Source: Fusobacteriota bacterium (GTDB lineage: Bacteria; Fusobacteriota; Fusobacteriia; Fusobacteriales; JAAYPW01). From it: a DNA stretch of 64,000 bases. Positions 1-9,605 of the stretch are shown here, one piece after another. The DNA is taken from the NCBI GenBank assembly GCA_012519615.1, contig JAAYPW010000115.1, positions 29,009 through 93,008 of the forward strand, in the 5' to 3' direction. How positions within the stretch are numbered: position 1 is the stretch's first letter; each line of letters starts with the position of its first letter. Under the pieces are notes generated by a model, which had not been told where the DNA came from, did no database searches, and saw only the letters and a list, made by a program, of their open reading frames with translations. The position numbers were made by a program, and so were the translations under genes.

Positions 1-1035
1 TCTGGGATAGAGCTAGAAGCAAAAGGTAAACTGATTACTTTAAAAGGTACAGACCTTGAACTGACTATTAAAACGACTATTGATGGTGAGGTTATAGAAG
101 AAGGGAAGACTGTTTTTGCTTATAATTTAATTGTCGAGTATTTAAAAGAGGTAGATAAAGAGGAAATACTAATAGAGGAGCAAGAAGGAAAACTCATTAT
201 TAGTACAAAAATTGCTGTTTCTGAATTTCAAATTTATGATGCAGAGGAATATCCTGTAATAAGAGAAATAGAATCTGGAAAAGAGATTTTTATAAATAAA
301 GATCTTTTTGTAAATTCGCTTGAAAAAACAAAGATGGCAGCAGCACAAACTTCTGATAATTTATCAGTGCATTGTGTGAGAATGGAGATAAAAAATAGGA
401 TACTTAAAATTGTTTCTTCAGATACTTATAGACTTGCTTATTGCGAAGCCGAACTTGGCGAAGAGGCTGGTTTTGATACAGAAATAAAAGTGAGTATTCC
501 ACTTAAAACAATCGATAGTATGGTTAAAATTCTTAAAAATATCGATGGAACTATGATTAACGTAAGATATGAAGGAACTCAAATATTTTTTAGAATTGCA
601 GAAGTATCTATTTTGAGTAGAGTTATTGATTTAGAATTTCCTGATTATGAATCAATACTGTCAAACACACAATATAATAAAAAAGTTGTACTTAATACAA
701 AAGATTATACATCATTATTAAAAAGAGTTCTAGTTTTTGTAAGATCAAATATAGATAGTAAAAATAGTGCGATATTTTCTTTTATAGGTAATAAATTAAT
801 TATAAAAGGAATTTCAAAATCAGCGAAAATAAAAGAGGAAATCGATACAATTAAAGATGGAGATGATCTTAATATATCTTTAAATGTAAAATTTTTAATT
901 GATTATTTACAAAATTTAGAAACAACAAACATAGAGATGAATTTAACAGATTCATCGTCAGCAGTTTTATTAAAAGGGGAAAACGAAGAAAAATATATCT
1001 ATTTCACAATGCCTTTAGCACTATTAGAAGATTAA
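1..1035 (+). CDS. dnaN: DNA polymerase III beta subunit (sliding clamp); 5' end lies outside the window
   Basis: Frame 1 is open from base 1 (SGIELEAKGKLITLKGTDLELTIK...) and runs into the listed 334..1035 ORF. The sequence is clamp-like and ends ...YIYFTMPLALLED. The ATG at 334 is internal. Confidence 0.85.
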   Translation, partial: SGIELEAKGKLITLKGTDLELTIKTTIDGEVIEEGKTVFAYNLIVEYLKEVDKEEILIEEQEGKLIISTKIAVSEFQIYDAEEYPVIREIESGKEIFINKDLFVNSLEKTKMAAAQTSDNLSVHCVRMEIKNRILKIVSSDTYRLAYCEAELGEEAGFDTEIKVSIPLKTIDSMVKILKNIDGTMINVRYEGTQIFFRIAEVSILSRVIDLEFPDYESILSNTQYNKKVVLNTKDYTSLLKRVLVFVRSNIDSKNSAIFSFIGNKLIIKGISKSAKIKEEIDTIKDGDDLNISLNVKFLIDYLQNLETTNIEMNLTDSSSAVLLKGENEEKYIYFTMPLALLED

Positions 1036-1057
1036 AAAATAAAAGAGGAGGAGTTTT

Positions 1058-3259
1058 ATGGCTATTTTAAATGAATATGAAATGAAACAAATAATACATG
1101 CACACACAAAAGATCCTTTTGGTATTTTAGGTATGCATAAATTAAATGAGAATCAATTGGTAATAAGAACTTTTCACCCAGCAGCAAAATCGGTAAAGTT
1201 TATTGATGAGAAAGATGGTAAAGAGATTTATATGGAGAAAGTTCATGAAGATGGACTATTTGAATTAGTATATGATAAATCTCATATCGTAAAATATCAA
1301 TATATTTACGAATATTTTAATGGTGAAACATGGACAACAGTTGACCCATATTCATTTTTACCAGTTCTAACAGAATACGATATATATTTATTTAGAAAAG
1401 GAGATCACCATAGAATATATGAAAAAATGGGAGCTCATATTATAGAACATGACGGAGTATGGGGGACACATTTTTCTGTATGGGCACCTGAAGCTGTAAG
1501 ATTAAGTGTTATTGGAAGCTTTAATAACTGGGATGGAAGAGTACACCAAATGAGAATGTTAGGCGGTTCAGGAGTATGGGAATTATTTATTCCTGGAATT
1601 ATTGAAGGTGACTTATACAGATTTGAGATTAAAACAAAATATGGTCATGTACTAAAAAAATCTGACCCTTATGCATTTTTCACAGAAAAAAGACCAGCTA
1701 ATGCTTCAATTGTATATACAATTGATGAAAAACATGCTTGGGACGATAGCGAATGGATGGATAATAGAAAAAAAACAAATTGGCTTGAGAAACCAATTTC
1801 AATTTATGAAGTACATTTAGGTTCGTGGCAAAGAGTAATTGAAGATGGTGAAGAAAGATTTATGACATATAGAGAATTGGCAGATAGATTAGTGCCGTAT
1901 CTAGCTGAAAATAATTATACGCATGTAGAGTTTATGCCACTTGCGGAACATCCATTAGACGAATCTTGGGGATATCAAGTAACAGGTTTTTTCTCTGCAA
2001 CAAGTAGATTTGGAAAACCAGAAGATTTAATGTATTTAGTTGATAAACTACATCAAAATAATATAGGTGTTATATTAGACTGGGTGCCAGGACATTTCCC
2101 TAAAGATGCAAATGGTTTAGGTAGATTTGATGGAACTGCTTTATATGAACATATGGATCCACGTCAAGGTGAACATACTGATTGGGGTACATACATATTT
2201 AATTATGGTAGAAATGAAGTTAAAAACTTTCTTATAACAAATGCATTGTTTTGGTTAGATAAATTTCATATAGATGGATTAAGAGTTGATGCTGTTGCAT
2301 CTATGTTATATCTTGATTATAGCAGAAAAGATGGAGAATGGGTGGCAAACAAATTTGGTGGACGAGAAAATCTTGAGGCAATAGAATTTATTAAGTATTT
2401 TAATAGTATTTCACATAAATACTATCCAGGAATATTAACTATTGCTGAAGAATCAACAGCTTGGCCAGGAGTAAGTAAACCTTTACATTTAGGAGGATTA
2501 GGATTCTCTATGAAATGGAATATGGGTTGGATGAATGACTCGTTATCGTACATATCTAAGGATGCAATATATAAAAAATATCATCAAAATAATTTAACGT
2601 TTTCATTAATGTATGCATTTACAGAAAACTTTATTTTACCATTATCACATGATGAGGTTGTACATGGAAAAGGATCTATGTTAAATAAAATGCCAGGAGA
2701 TATGTGGCAAAAATTTGCAAATTCTAGACTATTTTATTCATATATATATGCTCATCCAGGAAAAAAACTTACATTTATGGGTAGTGATATAGGTCAGTGG
2801 AGTGAATGGAATTGTAAACAAAGTTTAGATTGGAACTTAATGGAGTTTGAACCACATCAAAAATTAAGAAAATTCACTGAAGAACTAAATAAAGTATATA
2901 AAAACAATAAGGCACTATGGGAAATTGACTTTAGTTACGAGGGTTTTGAGTGGATGGACTTTAATGATTCTGATAATAGCGTAATATCGTTTGCAAGAAA
3001 ATCAAAAAATAACGATGAAATAATTGTTTGCGTATTTAACTTTACACCAATGTATAGAGAAAATTATAGAATAGGGGTACCGCAACATGGATACTATGAA
3101 GAGATATTTAATAGTGATTCATGGGAGTATTGGGGAAGCAATAAAGGAAATTATGGTGGAAAATGGTCAGACGATTATAATTGGCAAGGTAGAAATCATT
3201 CAATAAACATTAATTTACCACCTTTAGCAGGAGTATATTTCAAATTAAAAAAAGATTAA
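1058..3259 (+). CDS. glgB: 1,4-alpha-glucan (glycogen) branching enzyme, GH13
   Basis: 733 aa. GH13 catalytic motifs are present: DWVPGHF, DGLRVDAVASMLY, IAEESTAWPG, PLSHDEVVHGKGS. GAGGAGG SD lies 6 nt upstream of the ATG. Confidence 0.95.
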   Translation: MAILNEYEMKQIIHAHTKDPFGILGMHKLNENQLVIRTFHPAAKSVKFIDEKDGKEIYMEKVHEDGLFELVYDKSHIVKYQYIYEYFNGETWTTVDPYSFLPVLTEYDIYLFRKGDHHRIYEKMGAHIIEHDGVWGTHFSVWAPEAVRLSVIGSFNNWDGRVHQMRMLGGSGVWELFIPGIIEGDLYRFEIKTKYGHVLKKSDPYAFFTEKRPANASIVYTIDEKHAWDDSEWMDNRKKTNWLEKPISIYEVHLGSWQRVIEDGEERFMTYRELADRLVPYLAENNYTHVEFMPLAEHPLDESWGYQVTGFFSATSRFGKPEDLMYLVDKLHQNNIGVILDWVPGHFPKDANGLGRFDGTALYEHMDPRQGEHTDWGTYIFNYGRNEVKNFLITNALFWLDKFHIDGLRVDAVASMLYLDYSRKDGEWVANKFGGRENLEAIEFIKYFNSISHKYYPGILTIAEESTAWPGVSKPLHLGGLGFSMKWNMGWMNDSLSYISKDAIYKKYHQNNLTFSLMYAFTENFILPLSHDEVVHGKGSMLNKMPGDMWQKFANSRLFYSYIYAHPGKKLTFMGSDIGQWSEWNCKQSLDWNLMEFEPHQKLRKFTEELNKVYKNNKALWEIDFSYEGFEWMDFNDSDNSVISFARKSKNNDEIIVCVFNFTPMYRENYRIGVPQHGYYEEIFNSDSWEYWGSNKGNYGGKWSDDYNWQGRNHSININLPPLAGVYFKLKKD

Positions 3260-3260
3260 T

Positions 3261-3310
3261 AAAACAAGGATAGCCAGATTTTAGTTGGCTATCCTTGTTT
3301 TATTTTTTTA
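3261..3310 (+). terminator. Rho-independent terminator after glgB
   Basis: Perfect 16-bp stem (3261-3276 pairs with 3286-3301) with a 9-nt loop, followed by ATTTTTTTA. Confidence 0.85.
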
Positions 3311-3914
3311 TAAAAAAATAAAACAATAATTTAGACTTATTAAATCTATATGCAAACAAATTAAATTTTATATATAATTTGTTTCTAATTAATTCATTTA
3401 CTATTTTTGAAAATTATTTTATAATGTTATTTCATGTGATATTTTAATTATAAAAAATTAAATATTTCCGTTTTATTAATGATGCAGATTTATTTTTAGA
3501 TAAAGTTTAATTATAATTGAAAAAAATGACATTATCATTACAATTTTTCTTTATTAATCTACAAAATAAACTTTAGTAAGATTTAGTTTGTACATATTAA
3601 ATTATAAAAAGTCGATATTCTAATTTTAATATTTATAAAATAAAAATATACTTCTAAATTAATATAATGGAAAAAAATTGTAAATAAAATAAAAAATATT
3701 TTAATTACTGATAAACATAGATAAAATTACAGTAGGAAGCACCTATAAAATCAAATGTAAATTTACTGGTAAAACTATTGAATAAAATGAATATATTAGA
3801 TCTTAAAAATTCAGATAAAATAAAATATATAATTAAAAAGAGTTTCCCTGCTAAAAAATTATATCAAGGAGTCTGAATATAATTTAAATTAAAAATAATA
3901 ATTTTCTATAAAAC

Positions 3915-3948
3915 TATATTAACATATATATATATATATGTTAATATA
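3915..3948. repeat. 34-bp perfect palindrome TATATTAAC(AT)8GTTAATATA containing an (AT)8 dinucleotide repeat
   Basis: Read directly. 3915-3923 is the reverse complement of 3940-3948, flanking 16 nt of alternating AT. It ends 4 nt before the putative -35 of mtnN. Confidence 0.8.
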
Positions 3949-3952
3949 TTTC

Positions 3953-3981
3953 TTGAAAAAAGTTGAAATATATCGTATAAT
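3953..3981 (+). promoter_or_regulatory. Putative sigma-70-type promoter of mtnN-folC
   Basis: TTGAAA (3953-3958), 17-nt spacer, TATAAT (3976-3981). Confidence 0.45.
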
Positions 3982-4015
3982 ATAAGTAAAATATTATATA
4001 ATTCAAATTGAAAGG

Positions 4016-4720
4016 ATGATAAAATTGATAGGAATAATTGGTGCAATGCAAGAAGAAATAATAGAATTAAAAAAACAGATTAAAAACATTAAAGAGAATA
4101 CAATGGCAGGTTTTGTATTTTATAGTGGAATTCTAAATAAAAAAGATATAATACTTGTGCAAAGTGGAATAGGTAAAGTAAATTCAGCAATTTGTACAAC
4201 AATATTAATTGAACAATTTAATGTAACAAAAATAATATTCACAGGAGTAGCTGGTGGTGTTAATAATGATTTGAATGTAGGTGATATTGTTATTTCAAAA
4301 GACTTAATCCAACATGATGTTGATGCAACAGCTTTTGGTGCAAAGTATGGACAAATTCCTCGAATGAATCAACTAGAATTTAAGTCTGATATTAACTTAA
4401 TAGAATTAGCTAAAAAATCAGCAAAGGATATATTTACTAATGAAAAAATTGTAGTAGGACGTATATTAAGTGGTGATCAATTTGTAAGCTCAATTGAGAA
4501 AATTAAATGGTTAAGAGATAAATTTAATGGGGATTGTGTTGAGATGGAGGGTGCTTCTGTTGCTCATGTGGCTACACTTTTTAATATACCGTTTGTAGTA
4601 ATTAGATCAATATCAGATAAGGCAGATCACTCTGCAAATATTGATTTTAATAAATTTGTAAATATTGCTGCAAATAATTCTAAAAACATTGTTTTAAAAA
4701 TGTTAGAGATAATGGTATAA
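4016..4720 (+). CDS. mtnN: 5'-methylthioadenosine/S-adenosylhomocysteine nucleosidase
   Basis: Pfs-like sequence: IGIIGAMQEE, GIGKVNSA, FTGVAGG, EMEGASVAHV, RSISDKA. The SD AAAGGA abuts the ATG at 4016, so the in-frame TTG at 4025 (8-nt spacing) may be the real start. Confidence 0.9.
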   Translation: MIKLIGIIGAMQEEIIELKKQIKNIKENTMAGFVFYSGILNKKDIILVQSGIGKVNSAICTTILIEQFNVTKIIFTGVAGGVNNDLNVGDIVISKDLIQHDVDATAFGAKYGQIPRMNQLEFKSDINLIELAKKSAKDIFTNEKIVVGRILSGDQFVSSIEKIKWLRDKFNGDCVEMEGASVAHVATLFNIPFVVIRSISDKADHSANIDFNKFVNIAANNSKNIVLKMLEIMV

Positions 4721-4722
4721 TT

Positions 4723-5961
4723 ATGGATAAATTACTAGAGAAATTATATTCGTATAACTCAAAAGGAATTAAATTAGGTTTAGATAATATCAGAAAAATT
4801 ATGGATAAATTGGGAAATCCACAAAACAATTATAAAATAATACATATTGCTGGTACCAATGGTAAAGGCTCTACTGCATCTATTTTGGAAAATGTATTAA
4901 TAGAAAATTCTTATAAAGTCGGAAAATATACATCACCGCATTTAGTTAAATTTAATGAGAGAATTGTAGTCAATAGAGAGTTAGTAGAAGATTCAGAAAT
5001 AATATATTATTTTAATAAAATTGAAAAAATAGTAAATGATTTGGAAATAGAAGCGACTTTTTTTGAAATTACAACAGCAATAATGTTACAATATTTTTCT
5101 GATAAAAAAGTTGATTGGGCAATACTTGAAACAGGTATGGGTGGAAGATTTGACTCTACTAATATCGTGAATCCAACATTATCAGTAATAACAAATGTTT
5201 CCATAGACCATACTGAATTTTTAGGAGACACAATAGAAAAAATTGCACATGAAAAAGCTGGTATAATTAAAGAAAATATTCCTCTATTTTTTTGCGATGA
5301 TAAAGAAAATGTAAAAGAAATTTTTAAATCATATACTAATTTATATATAGATATTTTAGAAAAATATAATAACCACAGTTATTATTTAGATATGGAAAAT
5401 TACAATACTGTAATAAATATAGATAAAGAAACATACGTATTACCATTATTTGGAGATTTTCAATGTAATAATTTTTTAACAGCATATGGAGTACTTAGAA
5501 GTCTTGGTATATCAAAAGAAAGTATTAAACAGGGAATTAAAAACACTGTTTGGAGTGGCAGACTTGAAATTGTAAAAAAAGATAAAATTAATATTTTTGA
5601 TGGGGCACATAATTTTGATTCAGCAACTAAGTTATGCAATACTATAAAAAAAATGTATAATAAGGATGAAGTTATATTGGTATGTTCAATATTAAAAGAT
5701 AAAGATGTTAAAAAAATATTAGAAATTTTTTCAGACTTTTCAAGTTCTGTTGTATTTACTTCATTAGATTATTATCGTGGAATGTGTGCAAATGAATTAA
5801 AGAATATAGGAAGAGAATTTTTTAGTGAGATATATGTTGAAAATAGCATTCAAAAAGCAATTAATACTGCAAATTTAACAGATAAAAAAGCAGTTGTTTA
5901 TGCTGGTTCACTGTATTTTATAGGTGAATTAAAAAAGGTGATGGTTAATGAAATTAAATAA
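4723..5961 (+). CDS. folC: Folylpolyglutamate synthase / dihydrofolate synthase
   Basis: 412 aa with the Mur-ligase-type P-loop HIAGTNGKGST, plus TSPHLVKFNERI and ETGMGGRFDSTN. Confidence 0.9.
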   Translation: MDKLLEKLYSYNSKGIKLGLDNIRKIMDKLGNPQNNYKIIHIAGTNGKGSTASILENVLIENSYKVGKYTSPHLVKFNERIVVNRELVEDSEIIYYFNKIEKIVNDLEIEATFFEITTAIMLQYFSDKKVDWAILETGMGGRFDSTNIVNPTLSVITNVSIDHTEFLGDTIEKIAHEKAGIIKENIPLFFCDDKENVKEIFKSYTNLYIDILEKYNNHSYYLDMENYNTVINIDKETYVLPLFGDFQCNNFLTAYGVLRSLGISKESIKQGIKNTVWSGRLEIVKKDKINIFDGAHNFDSATKLCNTIKKMYNKDEVILVCSILKDKDVKKILEIFSDFSSSVVFTSLDYYRGMCANELKNIGREFFSEIYVENSIQKAINTANLTDKKAVVYAGSLYFIGELKKVMVNEIK

Positions 5962-6544
5962 AAAAATAAAATTTAAAAATAAAAAAATCAGAGTAATAAC
6001 AAAATTAGTATTTTTAATAGCATTTATTATTGCTTTTACAATTTTAACAAATAATATTAAAAATTCGTATGTTATATTAAAATATAATCAGAAAGATACA
6101 ATGAGAAATATTCAAAACAATATTAATATTAGAGAATCAAATTTTTATATAACTACGCCTGAAATCCCATATATACCTATAAAAAGCACTGAAGAAAATT
6201 GTGATACGAATAATATAGAAAAAGATTTAAATGAAATTATTATTGAATCAGAAAACGGAACAAAACTAGATGAAAATTTAAATGAAAATATTGCTGAAAA
6301 TGATAAAGAAAAAACTTATTATATACAAATAGCAGTATATAGAGATGAAAGAAATGCTAATGAGTGTATTAAATCATATAAAGAATATAATCCTGAGATT
6401 ATGGTACAAAGTATTAATAATGTAAAATATTATAAAATTATAATTAATAATTTTAATTCAATGAATGATGCTGAAATAAAACGTAATGAGATTATCCAAA
6501 AGAAAAAAATTAAAGAGATTCCTTTAATAAGATTAAAAATTTAA
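5948..6544 (+). CDS. Membrane-anchored SPOR-domain protein
   Basis: N-terminal TM helix (VITKLVFLIAFIIAFTILT). The C-terminal ~75 aa are SPOR-like (YYIQIAVYRDERNANE...YYKIIINNFNSMNDAE). It overlaps the folC end by 14 nt. Confidence 0.6.
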   Translation: MKLNKKIKFKNKKIRVITKLVFLIAFIIAFTILTNNIKNSYVILKYNQKDTMRNIQNNINIRESNFYITTPEIPYIPIKSTEENCDTNNIEKDLNEIIIESENGTKLDENLNENIAENDKEKTYYIQIAVYRDERNANECIKSYKEYNPEIMVQSINNVKYYKIIINNFNSMNDAEIKRNEIIQKKKIKEIPLIRLKI

Positions 6545-6562
6545 TTTAAAAAGGAGAATTTT

Positions 6563-8512
6563 ATGGAAAAATTAATAACTGTTGAGCAATTAGTTAAAGA
6601 TTTAAAATTACGTGTTCTTTGTGGTAAAGATAATTTGTTAAAAACAAATATAACTGCTGATATTTACAGACCCGGAATAGAATTAACAGGATATTTATTA
6701 GAAAACAATCAAAATTTAGATAAGTATATTCATGTTATTGGTAAAGAGGAGGTAAAATATTTCTATTCATTACCAGAAGATATAAGAAAAGAGAATTTTA
6801 TAAGATATTTTAGTTATTCATTTCCTTGTTTAATTGTTGTAGATAATAAAAATTTAAAAAAAGATTTTATAGAGATTGCAAAAATTGAAAATAAAATATT
6901 ACTTCAAGTGAAGGGAACAATTCAAAGCTTTTTAACAATATTACGTATATATTTGCAAAAGGAACTTGCTCCTGAAATTATTTTAAATAATTTTACACTA
7001 TTAGATATTTTTGGAATTGGTTTAATGATTACAGGAGATGAAAGTGCTAAAATTGGTTCGACAATTGAATTACTTGAAAAAGGACATAGATTTATAACTG
7101 ATGAGTTACTTGTTATAAAAAAAATATCTGATACACAATTAATTGGTGAAAATGGATATCATCAAAATCAAAAAAATAAGAGATATATATTAAAAGTATT
7201 TAATGATGAAAAAATTGATGTTGTTGAGTACTTTGGAATAGGTTCATCCCGTAGAAATAAAGAAATTGATTTAATTATAAAATTTGAAAAATGGGATAGC
7301 AATAAAACATATGATAGACTAGGTGTTGATATAACAAATCAATATTTATTGGGAATAAATATCCCAAAACTTGTAATACCAGTAAGAAAAGGTAGAAATT
7401 TAGGAATTATACTAGAAACTGCTGCAATTAATGAAAGACTAAAAAAAAGTGGAGAAAATTCAGCTCTTACATTTATTAATGAAACTCAAAAAATGATTAC
7501 AATTAATCGTAAAAAAAGAGAAAAAATTGAGGAGGGCAAAATGAGTAATAACAAAATAATAAATGCTAGAACCATTAAAGAAAAATTTGACCTTAAAATT
7601 TTATATGGTGAATCTTTATTAGATGAAAAAAATCTTACAACCCCATATATACACAGACCTTCCTTGGAATTTTCTGGGTTCTATGAAATTTTGGAAGAGG
7701 GTGGGTATAAAAATCTTCAATTAATTGGTCAATCAGAATTAAATTATTTAAATAAATTATTAGACCAAAAAAGAGATAGATATTTAGAACACTATTTTAG
7801 CTATGATTTTCCATTTTTGTTAATAACTGGTGCAAAAAATGTGCCTGATTATATTATAAAAAATGTAAAAGAAAAAAATCATTTATTAATGTGTACCGAA
7901 CAAGATATAAATGAGGTTTCTGAAGAATTAATTGATTATTTTGAAAAAGAATTTGCAGAAGAAATAACTATGCATGGAGTATTAGTTGAAGTATTTGGAT
8001 TCGGAGTTATGCTTATTGGTAAAAGCGGGATAGGTAAAAGTGAAACAGCTTTGGAATTAATTCACAGAGGTCATAGATTAATTGCTGATGATAAGGTGAG
8101 ATTTGTCAAATATAATGATGGTCGAGTAATAGGTAGTGGACATAAATCACTGTACTTTATGGAGATACGAGGCATTGGAATTATTGATATAAAAACTTTA
8201 TATGGATTAGGATCAGTAAGGCATGAAAAACAACTTGATGTGGTAATAGAATTAAAGGAATTAAAAGTTGAAGATTACCTTACAAAAAAAGAGGAACCAA
8301 AAGAGGAAATTGAAATATTGGGAAAAAAATTTCCTAAAATTGAATTATATATATCTTCAGGAAGAAACGCATCATCAATGGTTGAAGTATCTACCATGAA
8401 CTTACGTGCAAAATTCTTAGGATATGAAAATGAAAAAAGAACGGAAAATATGGACAAAAAAGATAATTTCTTTTCTAATATTGGAAATATAATTACAGGG
8501 AGAAAAAAATAA
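6563..8512 (+). CDS. hprK: HPr kinase/phosphorylase, tandem two-module fusion (649 aa)
   Basis: Two HprK-like modules, aa 1-326 and 327-649. The second carries an intact P-loop, GKSGIGKSETALELIHRGHRLIADD, and EIRGIGIIDI. The first has GDESAKIGST at the P-loop position but keeps YDRLG...IPVRKGRNLGIILETAAINERLK. Confidence 0.85.
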   Translation: MEKLITVEQLVKDLKLRVLCGKDNLLKTNITADIYRPGIELTGYLLENNQNLDKYIHVIGKEEVKYFYSLPEDIRKENFIRYFSYSFPCLIVVDNKNLKKDFIEIAKIENKILLQVKGTIQSFLTILRIYLQKELAPEIILNNFTLLDIFGIGLMITGDESAKIGSTIELLEKGHRFITDELLVIKKISDTQLIGENGYHQNQKNKRYILKVFNDEKIDVVEYFGIGSSRRNKEIDLIIKFEKWDSNKTYDRLGVDITNQYLLGINIPKLVIPVRKGRNLGIILETAAINERLKKSGENSALTFINETQKMITINRKKREKIEEGKMSNNKIINARTIKEKFDLKILYGESLLDEKNLTTPYIHRPSLEFSGFYEILEEGGYKNLQLIGQSELNYLNKLLDQKRDRYLEHYFSYDFPFLLITGAKNVPDYIIKNVKEKNHLLMCTEQDINEVSEELIDYFEKEFAEEITMHGVLVEVFGFGVMLIGKSGIGKSETALELIHRGHRLIADDKVRFVKYNDGRVIGSGHKSLYFMEIRGIGIIDIKTLYGLGSVRHEKQLDVVIELKELKVEDYLTKKEEPKEEIEILGKKFPKIELYISSGRNASSMVEVSTMNLRAKFLGYENEKRTENMDKKDNFFSNIGNIITGRKK

Positions 8513-9234
8513 TGAAATATAATATTGATTTACATGTACATAGCGTTGCTTCACAACATGCTTATAGTACAATTGAGGAGATAGCAAGGCAGGCAAATAA
8601 AAAAGGGATAAAAGCATTTGCAATAACTGATCACGGACCAAATGCACCAGATGCCCCTTATAGGTATTATTTTTCAAATTTACGAGTTATACCAAATTAT
8701 ATAGACGGTGTGAGGATATATAAAGGGATTGAAGCAAATATAATATCTGAAAAAGGGGAAATAGATCTAGGGGATAATGATTTAAATAAACTAGATATTG
8801 TGTTAGCAGCATTTCATAAAAATACTGGTTATAATCATGAGACTTATGATAAAAATACAAATGCAGTAATAAATGGTATAAAATCTGGAAAAATAGATGT
8901 ACTTGCTCATATGGGGCATCCTTTATTTCAATTAAATTATGAATTAGCTGTTAAAACTGCAAAAGAGTACAATACTGCTATTGAGATAAACAATAGTTCC
9001 TTCACAGGAAGTAGAAAAGGTGGAGAAAAAAATTGTCATGAAATAATAAAATTAGCAAAAAAATATGGGTGTTTTATAAGTCTGGGGAGTGATTCACATA
9101 TATCTTTTTGTGTAGGAGAATTGTTTGAATCAATTAAATTAATAGAACAATATGATTATGATCAAAATCTAATAATAAATCAAAGCATGGAATTTTTAGA
9201 GAATTTTTTAAAAAATCGAAAAAAGGTGAAGTAA
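8512..9234 (+). CDS. PHP-family metal-dependent phosphoesterase (YcdX-like)
   Basis: 240 aa with PHP motifs: DLHVHSVAS, AITDHGP, AAFH, LAHMGHP, LGSDSH. Both ends show a 1-nt TAATG overlap, with hprK upstream and folB downstream. Confidence 0.8.
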   Translation: MKYNIDLHVHSVASQHAYSTIEEIARQANKKGIKAFAITDHGPNAPDAPYRYYFSNLRVIPNYIDGVRIYKGIEANIISEKGEIDLGDNDLNKLDIVLAAFHKNTGYNHETYDKNTNAVINGIKSGKIDVLAHMGHPLFQLNYELAVKTAKEYNTAIEINNSSFTGSRKGGEKNCHEIIKLAKKYGCFISLGSDSHISFCVGELFESIKLIEQYDYDQNLIINQSMEFLENFLKNRKKVK

Positions 9235-9605
9235 TGAGTGATAAAATTATTATAAAAAATATGAAAATTTATGGATTTCATGGTGTTTTAGAAGAGGAAA
9301 AAAAATTAGGACAAAATTATTTTATTGATGTTATAATTACTAAATCTTTAAAAAAAGCTTGTTTAAGCGATAATTTAAATGATTCAATAGATTATTCAAA
9401 AATATATTATGATATTGTAGATTTATCAAATGTAAATAAATTTAATTTAATTGAAGCATTTGCTGAAAATATTTGCACACTAATAATTGAAAAATATGTA
9501 GTAAAGAAAATCGAAGTTACTATAAAAAAACCAAATGCACCAATAAATGGAAATTTCGAATATGTTGCAATAAACATTACAAGGGAGAATAGTAATGAAA
9601 TATAA
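9234..9605 (+). CDS. folB: Dihydroneopterin aldolase
   Basis: 123 aa with FolB-like IIIKNMKIYGFHGVLEEEKKLGQNYFIDV and a VTIKKPNAPI tail. Confidence 0.85.
   Translation: MSDKIIIKNMKIYGFHGVLEEEKKLGQNYFIDVIITKSLKKACLSDNLNDSIDYSKIYYDIVDLSNVNKFNLIEAFAENICTLIIEKYVVKKIEVTIKKPNAPINGNFEYVAINITRENSNEI

Noticed and set aside
3301-4015. The AT-rich 700-bp spacer near dnaN as the replication origin (oriC).
   Set aside because: I found no TTATCCACA-like DnaA boxes by eye. The region is separated from dnaN by glgB. oriC is more likely upstream of the window, near dnaA.
8417-8677. Minus-strand 86-aa ORF spanning the hprK/PHP junction, and other small ORFs of 60-110 aa listed in the track (for example 5007..5231, 9407..9692, 9762..10094, 25454..25762).
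   Set aside because: All are embedded antisense in confidently assigned genes and have hydrophobic low-complexity translations and no RBS.
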